Shown here: in pieces, positions 35,871 to 48,755 of the stretch
Position numbering within the stretch: position 1 is the first letter of the stretch
Layout of the letters: each line of letters starts with the position of its first letter
Source: Azolla caroliniana
Lineage: Eukaryota > Plantae > Polypodiophyta
Length of the DNA stretch: 64,000 bases
Assembly: GCA_043228905.1 (NCBI GenBank)
Contig: JBHGNT010000006.1
Location: 434,001-498,000 of the forward strand
Reading direction: 5' to 3'
Notes under the pieces: generated by a model
The model's input: the letters and a program-made list of their open reading frames with translations, nothing else
What the model was told of the DNA's origin: nothing
Databases searched by the model: none
Translations under genes and position numbers: made by a program

Positions 35871-37613
35871 TGAAGTTTTTGAGGATTCATGCCATCATTA
35901 GCTTATTTATTACATTAACTCTCCTCCCTCATTTCATCACATTAAGGGGAAGGAAAAAAAAGAAGAAAATTTGATTAAATATGAAAACGGTAGGCTAAGA
36001 GTGAATTGCTTAATATGTGTAGAAATTATGGAGCTAGTACCTGGGCCATGCAGGCGGGACGAGAGGCTGCCGTGGGGCATGTACTCATGGATGAGGAGCT
36101 TCTCCTCCTTGGAGAAGTAGAAGGCCTGCAGGGGGAGGAGGTTGGGGTGGCGAAGGTGAGCCAGCACCTTCATCACATGTTGTTCGAAATCCGTCCGACC
36201 AGCCAAACTGCCAGCGACGTCTCTGAGGCGCTTCACCACCACCACTGTGCCCATCTCCAACGTTGCTTTGTACGCCGTTCCCACTGGACCCTTCCCCAGC
36301 ACCTCCGCTGACGATCTCAGAAGTTCCTCTAACCCAAACCTATGTGGGCTGTCTTCCATAAACACCAGTTGTTTCTCATTGTTGCCACCATCCGCTGCAG
36401 TTTCCTCCTCCGCCTCCTCCTCCTCCTCCTCCTCTTCCTCTTCCTCCTCCTCCTGCTGCAAATTACGTTGCTGCCGCCGCCTCCTGCCGCCGCCGCTGCT
36501 TACTCTGTTGTTTCGCTTCACCTCCTTCCACTTGGCCGACTCCTGATCTTCTTCCTCGGACCCTGAATTATATAGGTAGGCCCTCCTTCTCTTCACGCAC
36601 CACACCACGCAGCACGCTGCTACCAACAGGGCCAATGCCACTCCTGCTACCACAATGGCAGCGATGTCCCCTGGTGACAATGTGCGCTTAACTACTGCTG
36701 CTGCAGGACCTACACTTGTTATTGGCGGGGAAACAACATCATCATGATCCTCTTGAGATTCAGTTGGTGCATCATCCAGAGATGCTGGCGTGGGAGTGGG
36801 AGCATTGGCGCATTCTGCGAATAGTGGAGCTCCGCAGAAGTTGTTTCCTTGGAATGCAAGCAACCCAAATTTCTGCTGCAGGGATGGAGGCACGAGGCCC
36901 TGCAGCCTGTTATTAGCCAGGCTGAGCTGGAGGTTATTGTTAGTGGAGTCGAGAAAGTCGGGGAGAGGACCCGTGAGAGAGTTATTCTGTAGAAATAGCC
37001 CAGTCAGGTGTGGGAAGAGGAGGGCATAAGAAGATGGAATGGAGGATGAGAAGTTGTTGTCAGCCAGATTGAGACGAAGTAGGGGCGGGACAGTAGAATT
37101 ACCAATATTGTTACTCTTGCTTAATGTGAAGGATGGCAAGGTGTGGGAGAAGAGATTGTCGTTGAGATAAAGCGCACGGAGCTCCACACAGTTGGCAAGG
37201 TCAGAAGGCAACTCACCGGAGAGGCGGTTAGAGCGGAGGCTGAGGACACGGAGAGCCGTCAAGCGGCCTAATGTGCCAGCAGGAATAGTACCAGAGAGGC
37301 CGGCCCCAGGCAGGTGCAGTTCCACAATGCGTCTGCCAATGACGCCTTCAGGGGCTACAATATGGGCGCCACAAGTCACACCATGCCAGGAGCACGGCTC
37401 ATGAATACTGAGGTTGTCATACTTAATGTTGGTCGTCCAGCCGGAGTGCCGAAGTCTCAGAGGCCATGGTGCCAATGCCTCCATCAACGCCACAAGTGCT
37501 GCAACATCACTACTCAGATCATCATCAGCAGCTGCTGCAGCAGCAGGAGGAACACCAGGACCCCATGAACTCAAACACAATGATATTAAAAGTAGCAATA
37601 CTGGCGGGAACAT
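35145..37613 (-). CDS. Leucine-rich-repeat receptor-like kinase, LRR-III type, atypical and probably inactive kinase; 2 exons
   Basis: Signal peptide, LRRNT (PCSWHGVTC), LRRs, TM helix, [34 protein letters not shown]. Exons 37613-36041 and 35782-35145, GT-AG and in frame (736 aa). Confidence 0.93.
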
Positions 37614-38540
37614 TTTTGCAACAGAGGTTTAGATAAAGAGGAACCTGATCATGGCTTTTTGTTCCCGGATTAATAAGCTATCCTCTTATAAGGAATCCAC
37701 CCACCACCATCGTGGTGCAAGTGTAGTTCATGCGATAGTCAAAGTCTCTTTTGTTTGGAAAAGTATATAATTGCCTTTATGCGTACATACTTTCCCTTTC
37801 CATTAGTTTATTTTAGGTAGCAGGCAGCATTGACTAGCAATAGATGCCCGCGGCTTTAGGGTTTCCAGAAGATGAAGAAGAAGGGGAAGGAATCCTTCTT
37901 GCCCTGGCGGGCAGGCAGCTATGGACAAAGTTTGCTGACGCCCCGCCCCTCATCTCCCACCTGCTCTACTCCTTACAGCTTACCCAACTGTTCCAATCCT
38001 TCGCCACGAATGCTATCTACTACTACTACTACTACTACTCCTTTAATAATATGTGATACATGCATGCATATATTTGTGAGAAGGTTAGATATACATAGTG
38101 GAGTTTGTTACGGACTTTTCACTTCATTTATGACATTTCAGATCTACCAAGTATTTTGCAAAGTCAATAGTGCAAGTAGTTAGTGTGTGACCCAAAGAAT
38201 GCTCATAGCATACTTCAAAAAGAATAGTATCTGCTTAAAAGTCTCCTCTAAACAAAAGCTCAAAGTAAATGCCACAAAATTCATATCCAATGTATACTAA
38301 CTAATATACTTCAAGTTCACATCCAATATGTGTGTCTCGAAGTGCTTGATTACCTTCCTACATGGGCTCCATACTACTGCTCACTCATGCAATTATATGA
38401 ACATATCATTGTGAGCACAACTTTCCCACACTAAGGGTTGAGAATACCAACTTCACTCTAGAACGTGGTATTTGTCAAAAACATAACATCAATTCTACCC
38501 CTAGTTAAATTTAAACAAACTTGTCTAAATGAAGAAACTA

Positions 38541-38645
38541 GTGCTAGTGTAGAGGAAACTATTGGCCACTACGATAGAACAAACAATTTGTTTTTTTGTC
38601 ATATCAACTAAACACAAGAGTGATTATTCACAGCTCAAGCCCTCC
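38541..38645 (+). repeat. ~105-bp dispersed repeat, second copy at ~48082-48186
   Basis: tgctagtgtagaggaaactattggccactacga..cacagctcaagccctcc is nearly identical at both sites. Confidence 0.9.
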
Positions 38646-39633
38646 TTAAATCGCGAAATGGAAAATGTAGGAGGAACAAAGTTGTATGTAATGAATTCTT
38701 TGTCTTTGGGGATTAATGTGAGTTGAGAGATCCATGACAAGTGGTGAGGACAAAGGTGGTGATTATGCTTACTAGTGTTATAAACCATACTATATTAAAG
38801 GTCATGTGGGAGGTAATGGTATTAGTAGTGAAGATCATGAATAAACAAAGAATGGTGAGTCTTGGGAGGTGATTGAATGTTGATGAGAGTGGGTAATTAT
38901 TGGATTCAATCCATAGTGAGGAAGAGGTTATATTGATCTTGCATATGGGAGTGATCTTCCCAATGGCTTTCTCTTCCATGAGCAAGAGAGACCAATGCAA
39001 TTGGAGAAAAGGAAGCCATTGCATAGAAACATGCATTGCATTTGGGTGTTCAACTTTCTACATCACATGCAAGTGTTGGTTGGACATTGCAAATCGGGTA
39101 AGTTAGAGATAAAAAGAATTCTTCCTTTAAATAAACATTCATAGAATTTGGGTGTTCAACTTTCTACATCACATGCAAGTGTTGGTTGGAAATCAAGTAA
39201 CTCAAAGAAACAACATCATGCTCACATCAACAATCCCTAATTTCGATAACCAAACCTTGCATTCCAATTGTTAGATAACGTGTAAATTCGTGAAAGTTTA
39301 ATGGCACACTTAATTCCCTTTTATTTAATGTTAGATCTTCTTATGAGCATCCACAAAGAGTAATACAGCCGGTTGTGATGAGAAGCAACAAGGCTAGTCA
39401 TGCTTCTCCCAACGTTTCATAAGTCCATGAGGTCCATCCCTATTAAAGTCCTCGTAAATAACTACCCATTCCTCTCCTTATATTATATATATATATATGT
39501 ATATGCATATATATAATAATAATAATAATACGGCTCTATATTATTAAGTTCATACTCATTGACGGTGACATTAGGTCGCTAAACTTGTAAATGAGCGCAT
39601 GGAAATCAGATTTAGCAGAGCAATAAATAAGCT

Positions 39634-41547
39634 ATGGCCGTTGTTAAAAAGGGTAGCCATCATTACCAGAATTTCGCAGATGCCACTGCTCTCGTGGAAT
39701 TGCTTACAGATTGCGCCATTAAGAAGGACCTCATAAGAGGCATCAGCATACATGAGCGTATGATCAGAAAAGGGATGTCATTCAGAAGCAACATGTTTGT
39801 AAGCAGTGCTCTAATCCACATGTATGCCAAATGTGGCGCACTTCTGAGGGCGCATAATGCATTTGACAAGCTTCCGATTCGGAACGTAATCTCATGGACA
39901 GCGTTGATTGCTGGATATTGCCGCCATGGCAATGTTGGGAAAGCACTGGGTTGCTTCGAACTAATGCAGCATGAGGGTGTTTCCCCAAATGAAATCACAT
40001 TTTCTTGTATACTGCAAGCTTGTGGCAATATGGGTATCATGGCAGAAGGCCAGGAAGTGCATACACACATTGAGAGAGAAGGTATGCTGGGCAAATGGCG
40101 TATACTTGACACTGCATTGGTTGATATGTATGTCAAATGTGGTGAACTTGCAAAGGCAAAACAAGTATTGGATCAGCTTCCTGATCGAGATGTGGTCACT
40201 TGGACGGCTTTAATTGCCGGCTATGCACAACATGGCTCTGGCAAAGAAGTATTTCATTACTTGGACCAAATGCAGTACGAGGGTCTCTGTCCAAATGAAG
40301 TGACATTTGCTTGTATTTTGCAAGCATGTGGTAACATTGGAGCACTTAAAAAGGGCAAGGAAGTACATGCAGCAATCATGAAAAGGGGATCATTTAGAAG
40401 GAATAATGTGTTGGGAACCGCGTTAATGGACATGTATGCTAAATGTGGTAATATTGCAAAAGCACAAGCAGCCTTTGAGGACCTCGCTTTTCAGGATGTA
40501 GTGTCCTGGACTGCCCTCATAGGAGGTTATGCTCAATGTAGGCAGGGCAAAGAAGCGATCATCTGTTTTCAGCGAATGCAGCTCGAGAGCCTCACTCCCA
40601 ACTCCATGACATTTATTTATGTATTGAAAGCATGTGGTAACACAAAATCAACAAAGAAGGGAAAAGAAATACATGTTGGCATTGTCAGGAGACAGGAAAA
40701 TAGCATTTTTGGTAGTGCATTAGTAGATATGTATGCAAGATGTGGTGAACTCGTGGTGGCACAGAACATGTTTGATAAGCTTCATGAACATGATATTGTA
40801 TCATGGACTGCGCTTATGCTAGGATATACAGATCAAGGACATGGAGATGAAGCTTTAAAATGTTATGAGCTGTCTCATCTTGAGGGCCTCATTCCTAATG
40901 CTGTGACATTTGCTTGTATTTTGAAAGCCTGTGGCCAAATTGGAGCAGTTGATAAGGCTGAAGAAATTCATGGTGAGATAACTAGAGGAAAATTCCTGGA
41001 AAAATCTATGGTGCTTGGCAGTGCATTAATAGACACATATGCGAAATGTGGTGAGCTCACCAAGGCACAACTGCTGTTTGACGAGCTTTCTGTTCACAAT
41101 GTAGTATCTTGGACTTCCCTGATTGCAGGACATGCCCAACTTGGAAAGCATGATATTGTTTTTGAGTTATTTCACAAAATGGTCGGAGAAGGAATTAAGC
41201 CCAATGCAGTGACGTTCATTGTGTTACTTAATTCATGTAGTGATGCAGGTTTAGTCAATGAAGGCCAACTATACTTTGATGCTATGAGTTCATATTATGG
41301 CATCAGTCCAGCTGTTGAGCATTTTACATGCATGGTGGATCTTTTTAGCCGAACAGGGCATTTCAATGAGGCAATGAAGGTTATCAAGAGGATGCCACAT
41401 CCTCATTACTTTCCAGCATGGGTTGCCATTTTGAATGCTTGCCGAGAATGGAGTAATATAAAGCTTGGAAAAGTGGCCTTTGAGAAAGCATACATTTGGA
41501 ACAATATGATCGAAAATTGTAACAACACTGTAACAATAAAAATTTAG
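39634..41547 (+). CDS. PLS-class pentatricopeptide repeat protein with a partial E domain
   Basis: Repeated ALVDMYAKCG / VSWTALIAGY / PNxVTFACILxACG motifs, then HFTCMVDLFSRTG. Confidence 0.93.
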   Translation: MAVVKKGSHHYQNFADATALVELLTDCAIKKDLIRGISIHERMIRKGMSFRSNMFVSSALIHMYAKCGALLRAHNAFDKLPIRNVISWTALIAGYCRHGNVGKALGCFELMQHEGVSPNEITFSCILQACGNMGIMAEGQEVHTHIEREGMLGKWRILDTALVDMYVKCGELAKAKQVLDQLPDRDVVTWTALIAGYAQHGSGKEVFHYLDQMQYEGLCPNEVTFACILQACGNIGALKKGKEVHAAIMKRGSFRRNNVLGTALMDMYAKCGNIAKAQAAFEDLAFQDVVSWTALIGGYAQCRQGKEAIICFQRMQLESLTPNSMTFIYVLKACGNTKSTKKGKEIHVGIVRRQENSIFGSALVDMYARCGELVVAQNMFDKLHEHDIVSWTALMLGYTDQGHGDEALKCYELSHLEGLIPNAVTFACILKACGQIGAVDKAEEIHGEITRGKFLEKSMVLGSALIDTYAKCGELTKAQLLFDELSVHNVVSWTSLIAGHAQLGKHDIVFELFHKMVGEGIKPNAVTFIVLLNSCSDAGLVNEGQLYFDAMSSYYGISPAVEHFTCMVDLFSRTGHFNEAMKVIKRMPHPHYFPAWVAILNACREWSNIKLGKVAFEKAYIWNNMIENCNNTVTIKI

Positions 41548-41740
41548 AGTATGTGAAGCTCATAGCCAATAATATATCACAAGATTTATACAATTGACAA
41601 AATAGATTCCAGTAATGTCTTTGAGGAGGCCAGTGTGGCCTATCAACTCTAAAAAGACTTACAATCCTCATGGCAAAGAGCTGAAATTGAAACTGCAAAG
41701 TATCCTGGTGTTGAATGAAAAGGCTACTGTGGTATGTTGA

Positions 41741-42066
41741 AGGAACAATATATGAACCTGTTTGGTAAAAGACAGAATGTGAGTGTATGTGGACTCTATT
41801 TCAAAATGGTATCCATGGTGATAAACTTCTCCACATTCATGGTCCATACAGGGCAATGTTAAATGACTTTTCCACATCCATGGTTCATATTTGCAACATT
41901 ATGTAGGAACAATATACGAAGCTGTTTGGTAAAAGACAGAATGTGAGAGTATGTGGACTCTATTTCAAAATGGTATCCATGGTGATTAACTTCTCCACAT
42001 TCATGGTCCATACAGGGCAATGTTAAATAACTTTTCCACACCCATGGTTCATATTCGCAACATTAT
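41741..42066. repeat. ~164-bp tandem duplication
   Basis: aggaacaatata..gtttggtaaaagacagaatgtgag..catggttcatatt.gcaacattatg occurs twice. Confidence 0.9.
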
Positions 42067-43118
42067 GCTATCTGATTAAGTATTTCTTCACCAGCTATCT
42101 CCTTCAGCCAGCAATGCAATAGATCACAAAAAAAATTGAGAGCAAAGGTGATAATCTTGTCATCAGGTTGGATAGCCGCACAGAGAGAAGCCAACTCTTG
42201 CATGTCTGGAGATGGATTGTGAGTGTGCTTCCTTGCTCGCCCAGACCCAAGGGAGGCTGTGACGGAAGCACATACAGCTGCTCAGAGAGATTAAGCGACA
42301 CCTTGGGAGTGGATAATAAACAAGAAGGATTAATCAAGAAATTAGTCCACTTCTGTATGATTGATGATAAAAGAACAAAATCTCATGTTATTGTTTCCTA
42401 AACCTCTTCTCATCTTTCCTGAACTGAACCCAATGTTCATGTGAAGCCTACTCGCAAATCAAGAAAGTGAGAATCACAGGGACTACTCGTATATACCACC
42501 ATACAAACTTCTCCTTGCATTGCATATTCATCCTTTAATCATCGTCAATAGTTGCATCAGATAGGAAGGATGCAAGCCTTTGATTTAGCAGAATTTCAAT
42601 GATAAGCTTTTCCATTAATGCATTGACACCTCTACAAGAACATGGACTCAAAGAAAGCACGCTTATCTTCTGCACAAAACATGGATGTGCCCTTTAATAA
42701 ATCCAAGGCACTGATTGTGTAAAATGAATCAAACTTTCTGTTTAAGAGATATTTCATGGATAATATTTTTATCATGCATTAAATGATCAGATCTTGGAGT
42801 ACACAGGCTCACTCAAAGAAAGTAACAATCCCTTGTATGCAACATCGACTTTTTCTTGGTGAAATCCCTCAACAGACCTACTCAAAGCTAGCAGGGCTCT
42901 TTCACAAGGCTTGAAACAACCCCAAAGGAACTGCATTAAGACATCGGTATTCATATGATTGGCTCCAAATATCCCAAACTGGTCATCAATTGTGGCCCCA
43001 ACCATTTTTGTTGTTTCCTTTCACCGTAGTTAATCATATGCTAATCAAGATAACTCTGATATTTCCTGTGGCCTTTGCTAGAATTTATAATGGACATTGG
43101 CACTGCATGGAGCTTATG

Positions 43119-45758
43119 CTAAAAAGAGAGTTTTCTCTCTCTCCCTGTCGTTGGCAATAATGCATCTTCAAACCGGCCGGCAGCAGCGTAGATGTTCGAC
43201 ATAAGTACTTGAGGTGCATTACTTGCAGGTGGCAATTTCAACATGGTCATCATTACACGTTCTCCGCGTTCCACATCTAAGTGGACTCTACATGCATTTA
43301 AGGAGCTCATGAAAGAGTGTAAGGTTGCGTCAAAAGGTGATTTTGCAAGCATCCCCTCAACCTTGTCGAGGCATCCAGCTCGCCCAAACAGATCAATCAT
43401 GCAATTATAGTGCTCTATTGTTGGTGTAAGTCCATGGTCATAAACCATAGAATTTAAGTAATTATAGGCCTCATCAACAAGCCCAGCATGGCTGAAAGAT
43501 GAGATGATGGACAGAAAAGTGATCTCATCTGGCTTTATATTTTCCTTCTGCATTTGTTGGAACAAATTGCAAACCTGATTTATATCTCCCTGTCGGTAAT
43601 AAGCTGCAATTATGGAGTTCCACAGTGCCACATTTCGTTTAGGCATTCTATCAAAGACTCGTTGTGAATCTTTAACGTATCCACACCTGCTGTATAAATT
43701 AATAAGAGATGTTGCTAGAATAACATCTAGGTCAATCCCATCAACCACTAAGAGTGTATAGAAGTAATTGCCTTCAGTTAAGGTTGCTAGGCTAGCACAT
43801 GCATCAAAGAGAGTTGCAAATGTCAATTTGTTTGCCTGAACACCATCTAACACCATTTGCTCATAATAGTGAAAAACTTGTTTTGGCTGTCCACTCTGGG
43901 TACACGCACTCATCATAGCCGTCCAGGATACTACAGTTTGATTTAGCAGCTCCTTGAATACATTTCCTGCTTCAATTAAGCTTCCACACCTTCCATACAT
44001 GCTCACCAAGGCATTGCCAATAGTTACTTCTAATTTAGAAGTAGAGCCAAGAATGCAGGTGTGGAACCGTTTTCCTAGAACTAAGGCTCTCTGTCCAAGA
44101 CAAGCAGAAAGAATCGTAGAGAATGCAAACTTGTCTGGAAGAATCCCCTTTTGATTCATCTGGTCAAAGACCTGGATAGCATTATGATACTGAAGATGCT
44201 GAATATATGCTGATACCATGGCTGTCCAAATAACAACAGTTGAATTTGTTACATTTTCAAAAATTTCTTTTGCATCCTCCAAACTGCCGCACTTCCCATA
44301 GAAATTAACAAGGGCACTTCCAATGACACAATCTATTTCCAGGAAGCTATTCCTAATATAAGAGTGCAACTGTTTGCCTTCAGTTAAGGCTGATTCATGG
44401 GAACATGCCTCAAGAACGGACAAAATAGTTGCCCTATCTGGACTCATTCCATCCTCATGCATCTCTTGAAACATTAATAAGGCTTCTTTGGTATGTCCCT
44501 GTTGAGTATAAGTTGAGATAATTGAATTCCATGATATTCTATCCTTGATAAGCATTTTATCAAACATGTGTCTTGCATTTACCATGTTCCCACATTTTCC
44601 ATACATGTAAATAAGAGAATTTCCGACCATTACATCCATCTTATATGAGCTTCCCCCAGCCTGGACATGTAGGCGTTTGCCTTCTTCCAACAGGTTATTT
44701 GCACAAGCATGAATTACATTAAGAAATGTGACATTGTTTGGAAGCACCCCTTCCATCAGCATGCGTACTAGTAGAATAACAGCGCCATCACCCATACCCT
44801 GTTGGGCAGATGCAGCAATCAAAGATGTCCATGAAATAACATCACGCACCATCATTTCATGAAATACTGATGAAGCATCAATGAGATTGTTATCGCACTT
44901 AGCATATATGGAAATAAGCATGTTGCAGATGTTTACATCACTATTCAACCCATTACCAACAATACGAGCATGAATTCTCTTGGTCTCGATAGTTGTGGCT
45001 GCCTGTACACATGCATCACCTATACAAGAAAAGGTTACCTTGTTTGGGATGACAACCTCTTGAAGCATGTGCTGAAAACATTGAAATGTTATGGCACTCT
45101 CATCATGTTGATTATATGAGGTGAGCATAGTATTCCATGATACAATGTCTCGCTCTTCCATGGCATCAAAAACCTGTTCTGCTGCCTTCACATCACCTGA
45201 TTTCCCATAGAAATGCACAAGTGCATTCAGTGTGACAATGTCCAAAGTCCCATAAATACATGAATGTGCTCTTTTCCCTTCAATAACAGAGAAGCCCATA
45301 GCAGATACTCCAAGAATTTCAACAAAAGTGAATTTGCTCGGGCTTATGGCCTCATGATGCATCCTATGAAAGAGAAGAAAGGCGTCATTTTCATGCCCAC
45401 TGTGTCCATTAGCAGAGATAATGAATGTCCATGTGAACACGTCTCGCAGGTGCATCTGTGAGAACACACTGTATGCATCTGGGAGGGATCTGCACTTGCC
45501 ATACATTTGCAGAACAAGATTAGACAAGAACAAATCTGTTTCAAGGGAACAGGAGATGATGTGATGGTGGAGGAGTCTGCCTTGATTAAGCTCCATATAT
45601 TTACCACACCTACGCAGGTAGGAGGCAAGTGACCCCTCTTCTTCTTCTTCTTTTCCATGGCTATGGCTATTGCTATGGTATGCTAAAGCTCCGCTCAATG
45701 CTACTGAGCTCTGCGCACATTTAATTTCCTTTGTAATATTTCTGGTAGAGGCCAGCAT
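43119..45758 (-). CDS. PLS-class PPR protein with an E domain (879 aa)
   Basis: PLS triplets, HYNCMIDLFGRAG and VLMSNIYAAAGR. No DYW domain is seen. Confidence 0.93.
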   Translation of the reverse strand: MLASTRNITKEIKCAQSSVALSGALAYHSNSHSHGKEEEEEGSLASYLRRCGKYMELNQGRLLHHHIISCSLETDLFLSNLVLQMYGKCRSLPDAYSVFSQMHLRDVFTWTFIISANGHSGHENDAFLLFHRMHHEAISPSKFTFVEILGVSAMGFSVIEGKRAHSCIYGTLDIVTLNALVHFYGKSGDVKAAEQVFDAMEERDIVSWNTMLTSYNQHDESAITFQCFQHMLQEVVIPNKVTFSCIGDACVQAATTIETKRIHARIVGNGLNSDVNICNMLISIYAKCDNNLIDASSVFHEMMVRDVISWTSLIAASAQQGMGDGAVILLVRMLMEGVLPNNVTFLNVIHACANNLLEEGKRLHVQAGGSSYKMDVMVGNSLIYMYGKCGNMVNARHMFDKMLIKDRISWNSIISTYTQQGHTKEALLMFQEMHEDGMSPDRATILSVLEACSHESALTEGKQLHSYIRNSFLEIDCVIGSALVNFYGKCGSLEDAKEIFENVTNSTVVIWTAMVSAYIQHLQYHNAIQVFDQMNQKGILPDKFAFSTILSACLGQRALVLGKRFHTCILGSTSKLEVTIGNALVSMYGRCGSLIEAGNVFKELLNQTVVSWTAMMSACTQSGQPKQVFHYYEQMVLDGVQANKLTFATLFDACASLATLTEGNYFYTLLVVDGIDLDVILATSLINLYSRCGYVKDSQRVFDRMPKRNVALWNSIIAAYYRQGDINQVCNLFQQMQKENIKPDEITFLSIISSFSHAGLVDEAYNYLNSMVYDHGLTPTIEHYNCMIDLFGRAGCLDKVEGMLAKSPFDATLHSFMSSLNACRVHLDVERGERVMMTMLKLPPASNAPQVLMSNIYAAAGRFEDALLPTTGRERKLSF

Positions 45759-46416
45759 CCCGGGGCAGAGAGGTTCAAAAAATTTAGTAATGCAAAAGTA
45801 ACCTTGCGTTTATTTGGATCTCAAAAAAATTAATGTACGGCCACTATGTTTCGTAAATTTACAGGACTTGGCCTTGGAGCAGCCTCCTCTCTGCCTTCCT
45901 TCCCATTTAGACAGGGATATGCAGGCAGAGGCGTAGAAATAGACGGGGATAAAAGCGAGAAGTAGGCCATCTCTGCATAGATTATGGATATGCGTATGTA
46001 GCCTACCCAACTACTACTTTGTTATGTCTGAACTATACTTACCCATTCAGGGTGTGTTGATCATTAGTTGTAAACTTCAAAGCTGCGGGAGAGAGAGGGA
46101 GAGGGTCTAGGATTTGGTCGACATCAAAATCTTTGAATTCTTCTCCTGTCAAAAAAAAGAACCATGTGGTATCCCTTGGCGATGACAAGAGAACACCATA
46201 GTCGTCAAATATCCCAGATTTTCATCCAGGAGAGGAGGTGGGCGTACACAGGCCAAGAAATGGCATTCTTCATGAAGCGTTCTCCATGGGATCCTTGAAC
46301 AAGCAGATTCATCTCTGTATCCATGACACTGTCAAGAAGAGGGGCACGATCCCCGACACTGAGATCTACCATGTTAAGGATTCTGTAACCGGAATTTTGA
46401 AGAGGATACCAATGTC

Positions 46417-47759
46417 GTGAGCATGCTGAAGTATTGTGCGAACGGTAAAGGTCTATGTAAAGGCATGACTATACATTTAGAAATTCTTAAAACAAGGCTT
46501 CTTGAAAGGAATGTCTTCATCAGTAGCAGTTTAGTGAACATGTATGCCAAATGTGGTGCATTAGTGAAAGCACAAGAAGTCTTCACCCAGTTGTCATTTA
46601 AGAATGTAGTTTCGTGGACTGTGGGACCACGTTAATTGCAGGATATGTCCAGCATGGGTATGCTCAAGAAGCTCTAAACAAATTCGAACGTATGCAACAG
46701 GAGGGGTTTTCCCTTAATTGGGTTACCTTGGCTTGCATCTTGAAAGCATGTGGTGCTACTGGAGCTATTGACAAGCGGAAATGTATGCATAATGAGATTG
46801 TTCAGAGGAACTTGTTGAAACATGATACTGTGCTTGGAAATGCACTGGTGGATATGTATGACAAATGTGCTTCCCTTGTCATGGCAGAACAAGTGTTTGA
46901 AGAGCTTTTGGTTCGAGATGTGGTTGGTTGGACTTCATTAATATCAGAATATGTTCAACACAGGCTTAGTGAGATGGCAATCAAGTGCTTTGATCAAATG
47001 CATTATGAGGGTCTATCTCCTAATGCAGTGACCTATGCTTGTATTTTGCAAGCTTGTGGGAGCACTGGATCACAGGAGAAAAGGAAGGAAATATATGTGG
47101 AGACGATCAAGGAGGGTTTGCTAGGAGGAACTGGTCTTCTTGATAATGCATCGGTAGACATATATGCAAAACGTGGTGCCCTTGTGAAAGCTCAAGAAGT
47201 CTTTGATGTATTTCTTGTTCTTTAATGTGAAATTCCAATTGATGTGGTCCAAGAGACTACATCTTTAATGTATGCCAAATGTGGTGCACTTGCAAAGGCT
47301 TAAGAAGTATTTGATGAACTTTACATTAAAGATGTAGTCTCTTGGACCACATTAATTACTGGGTATTCTCAAATTAGGAAGCATGACATTGCATTTCATT
47401 TATTCAACAAAATGAGAAGCATGGGTATAGCACCAAATCCAATCACATTCCTTGTCATTCTTAATGCGTGTAGTTGCTCAGGGTTGGTGAATCAGGGGGA
47501 AACGTAATATGGGAGTATGAGAGCAAGCTATGGTATAATACCAGCATTGCAGCATCAAAGTTGCATGGTGGATCTTTTTCCCCGATCAGGGCATCTTGAC
47601 AAGGCCATAAAGGAAATTAAGCAAATGTCATCTTCTTGCTATCTCCCAGTATGGTTTGCTTTGTTGGGTGCTTGTGAAAAATGGGGAAATAAGGAACTTG
47701 GGAGAAGTGTGTTTGAACATCTTACGTGTTTTGATAATAAGCTTGAGACTGTCTCGTAG
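46417..47759 (+). pseudogene. PLS-class PPR pseudogene
   Basis: PPR motifs are split by a frameshift at ~46620 and stops at ~47223, ~47301 and ~47506. Ends with HQSCMVDLF..LLGACEKWGN. Confidence 0.85.
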
Positions 47760-48755
47760 TTGTTCAGGCACTTGCCCTGTACACCACCAGTCATGTTGCC
47801 ATCACAAATGGCACCCAACCCTATGTCTTATGGTGCCAAGACTAATAACTTTGCAACCGCTGGGTAGTGGGGTATCTAGATATGGACCAACTCAGTTGTT
47901 TCACTATTGGAAGTCTGTACATGTCTGGTTCCAACTTCCTATACTTGCAATTTAGCTCCAACGATTATAAACATATGGCAAAATCCTGTCCACGTGATTG
48001 ATTATACATTCATTATTTCTTTCCAAGTAAATATGATAATGTTCACTTCTTTATAATATTCTAGATTTCATATCATGTGAGATGCTAGTGTAGAGGAAAC
48101 TATTGGCCACTACGACAGAACAAACAATTTGTTTTTTTGTCATATCAACTAAACACAAGAGTGATTATTCACAGCTCAAGCCCTCCATGATATATCTTAG
48201 ATGGTAGATATTCCATTGATTATTGGTATGCCGGTTGGAGAGCCTAATCCTTGTGTAAAGCTATCACATGGGCATCCCTATCCCTCAACAATCAAGATTA
48301 TTTCGAACAGTAATGAGATCCCCAAGAAACGCCTCAGAAACAAGAAATATAGACAGTAATGACCATTCCAGTGAAACTCATCTTCCTTTGTACACCTTGA
48401 ATATACACACAAATTCTGCAAAACATGCACAATCATTAGTATTCAGCTGAATCATAATGACTCGCCAAGAATCTGAGTTGCATCAAGATACATTTATGCC
48501 AGCTGTAATTCATATATGAGAGGCTGAGTAGCATATTATGCTAATTAAATCAATTCAACCCCCTGAATATTTACATAGTATGCAATACTAGCTAGCTGTC
48601 CATAGTGAGGAACCATGGATTGGATTTTCATGTTTATAAATCATGTCAAAGTAAATGACAATAATTACCACTGAAGAAACACCCTATGGTCACCGTGCTT
48701 TTCACTCAAATTTGATACATACACATACATAGAATATATAGCTCACGTGAAATTA

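Noticed and set aside
35937-36040. C-terminal extension of the 558-aa kinase ORF, and a separate 221-aa kinase ORF
   Set aside because: The extension is intron read-through. Both ORFs are exons of one gene joined at 36041/35782.
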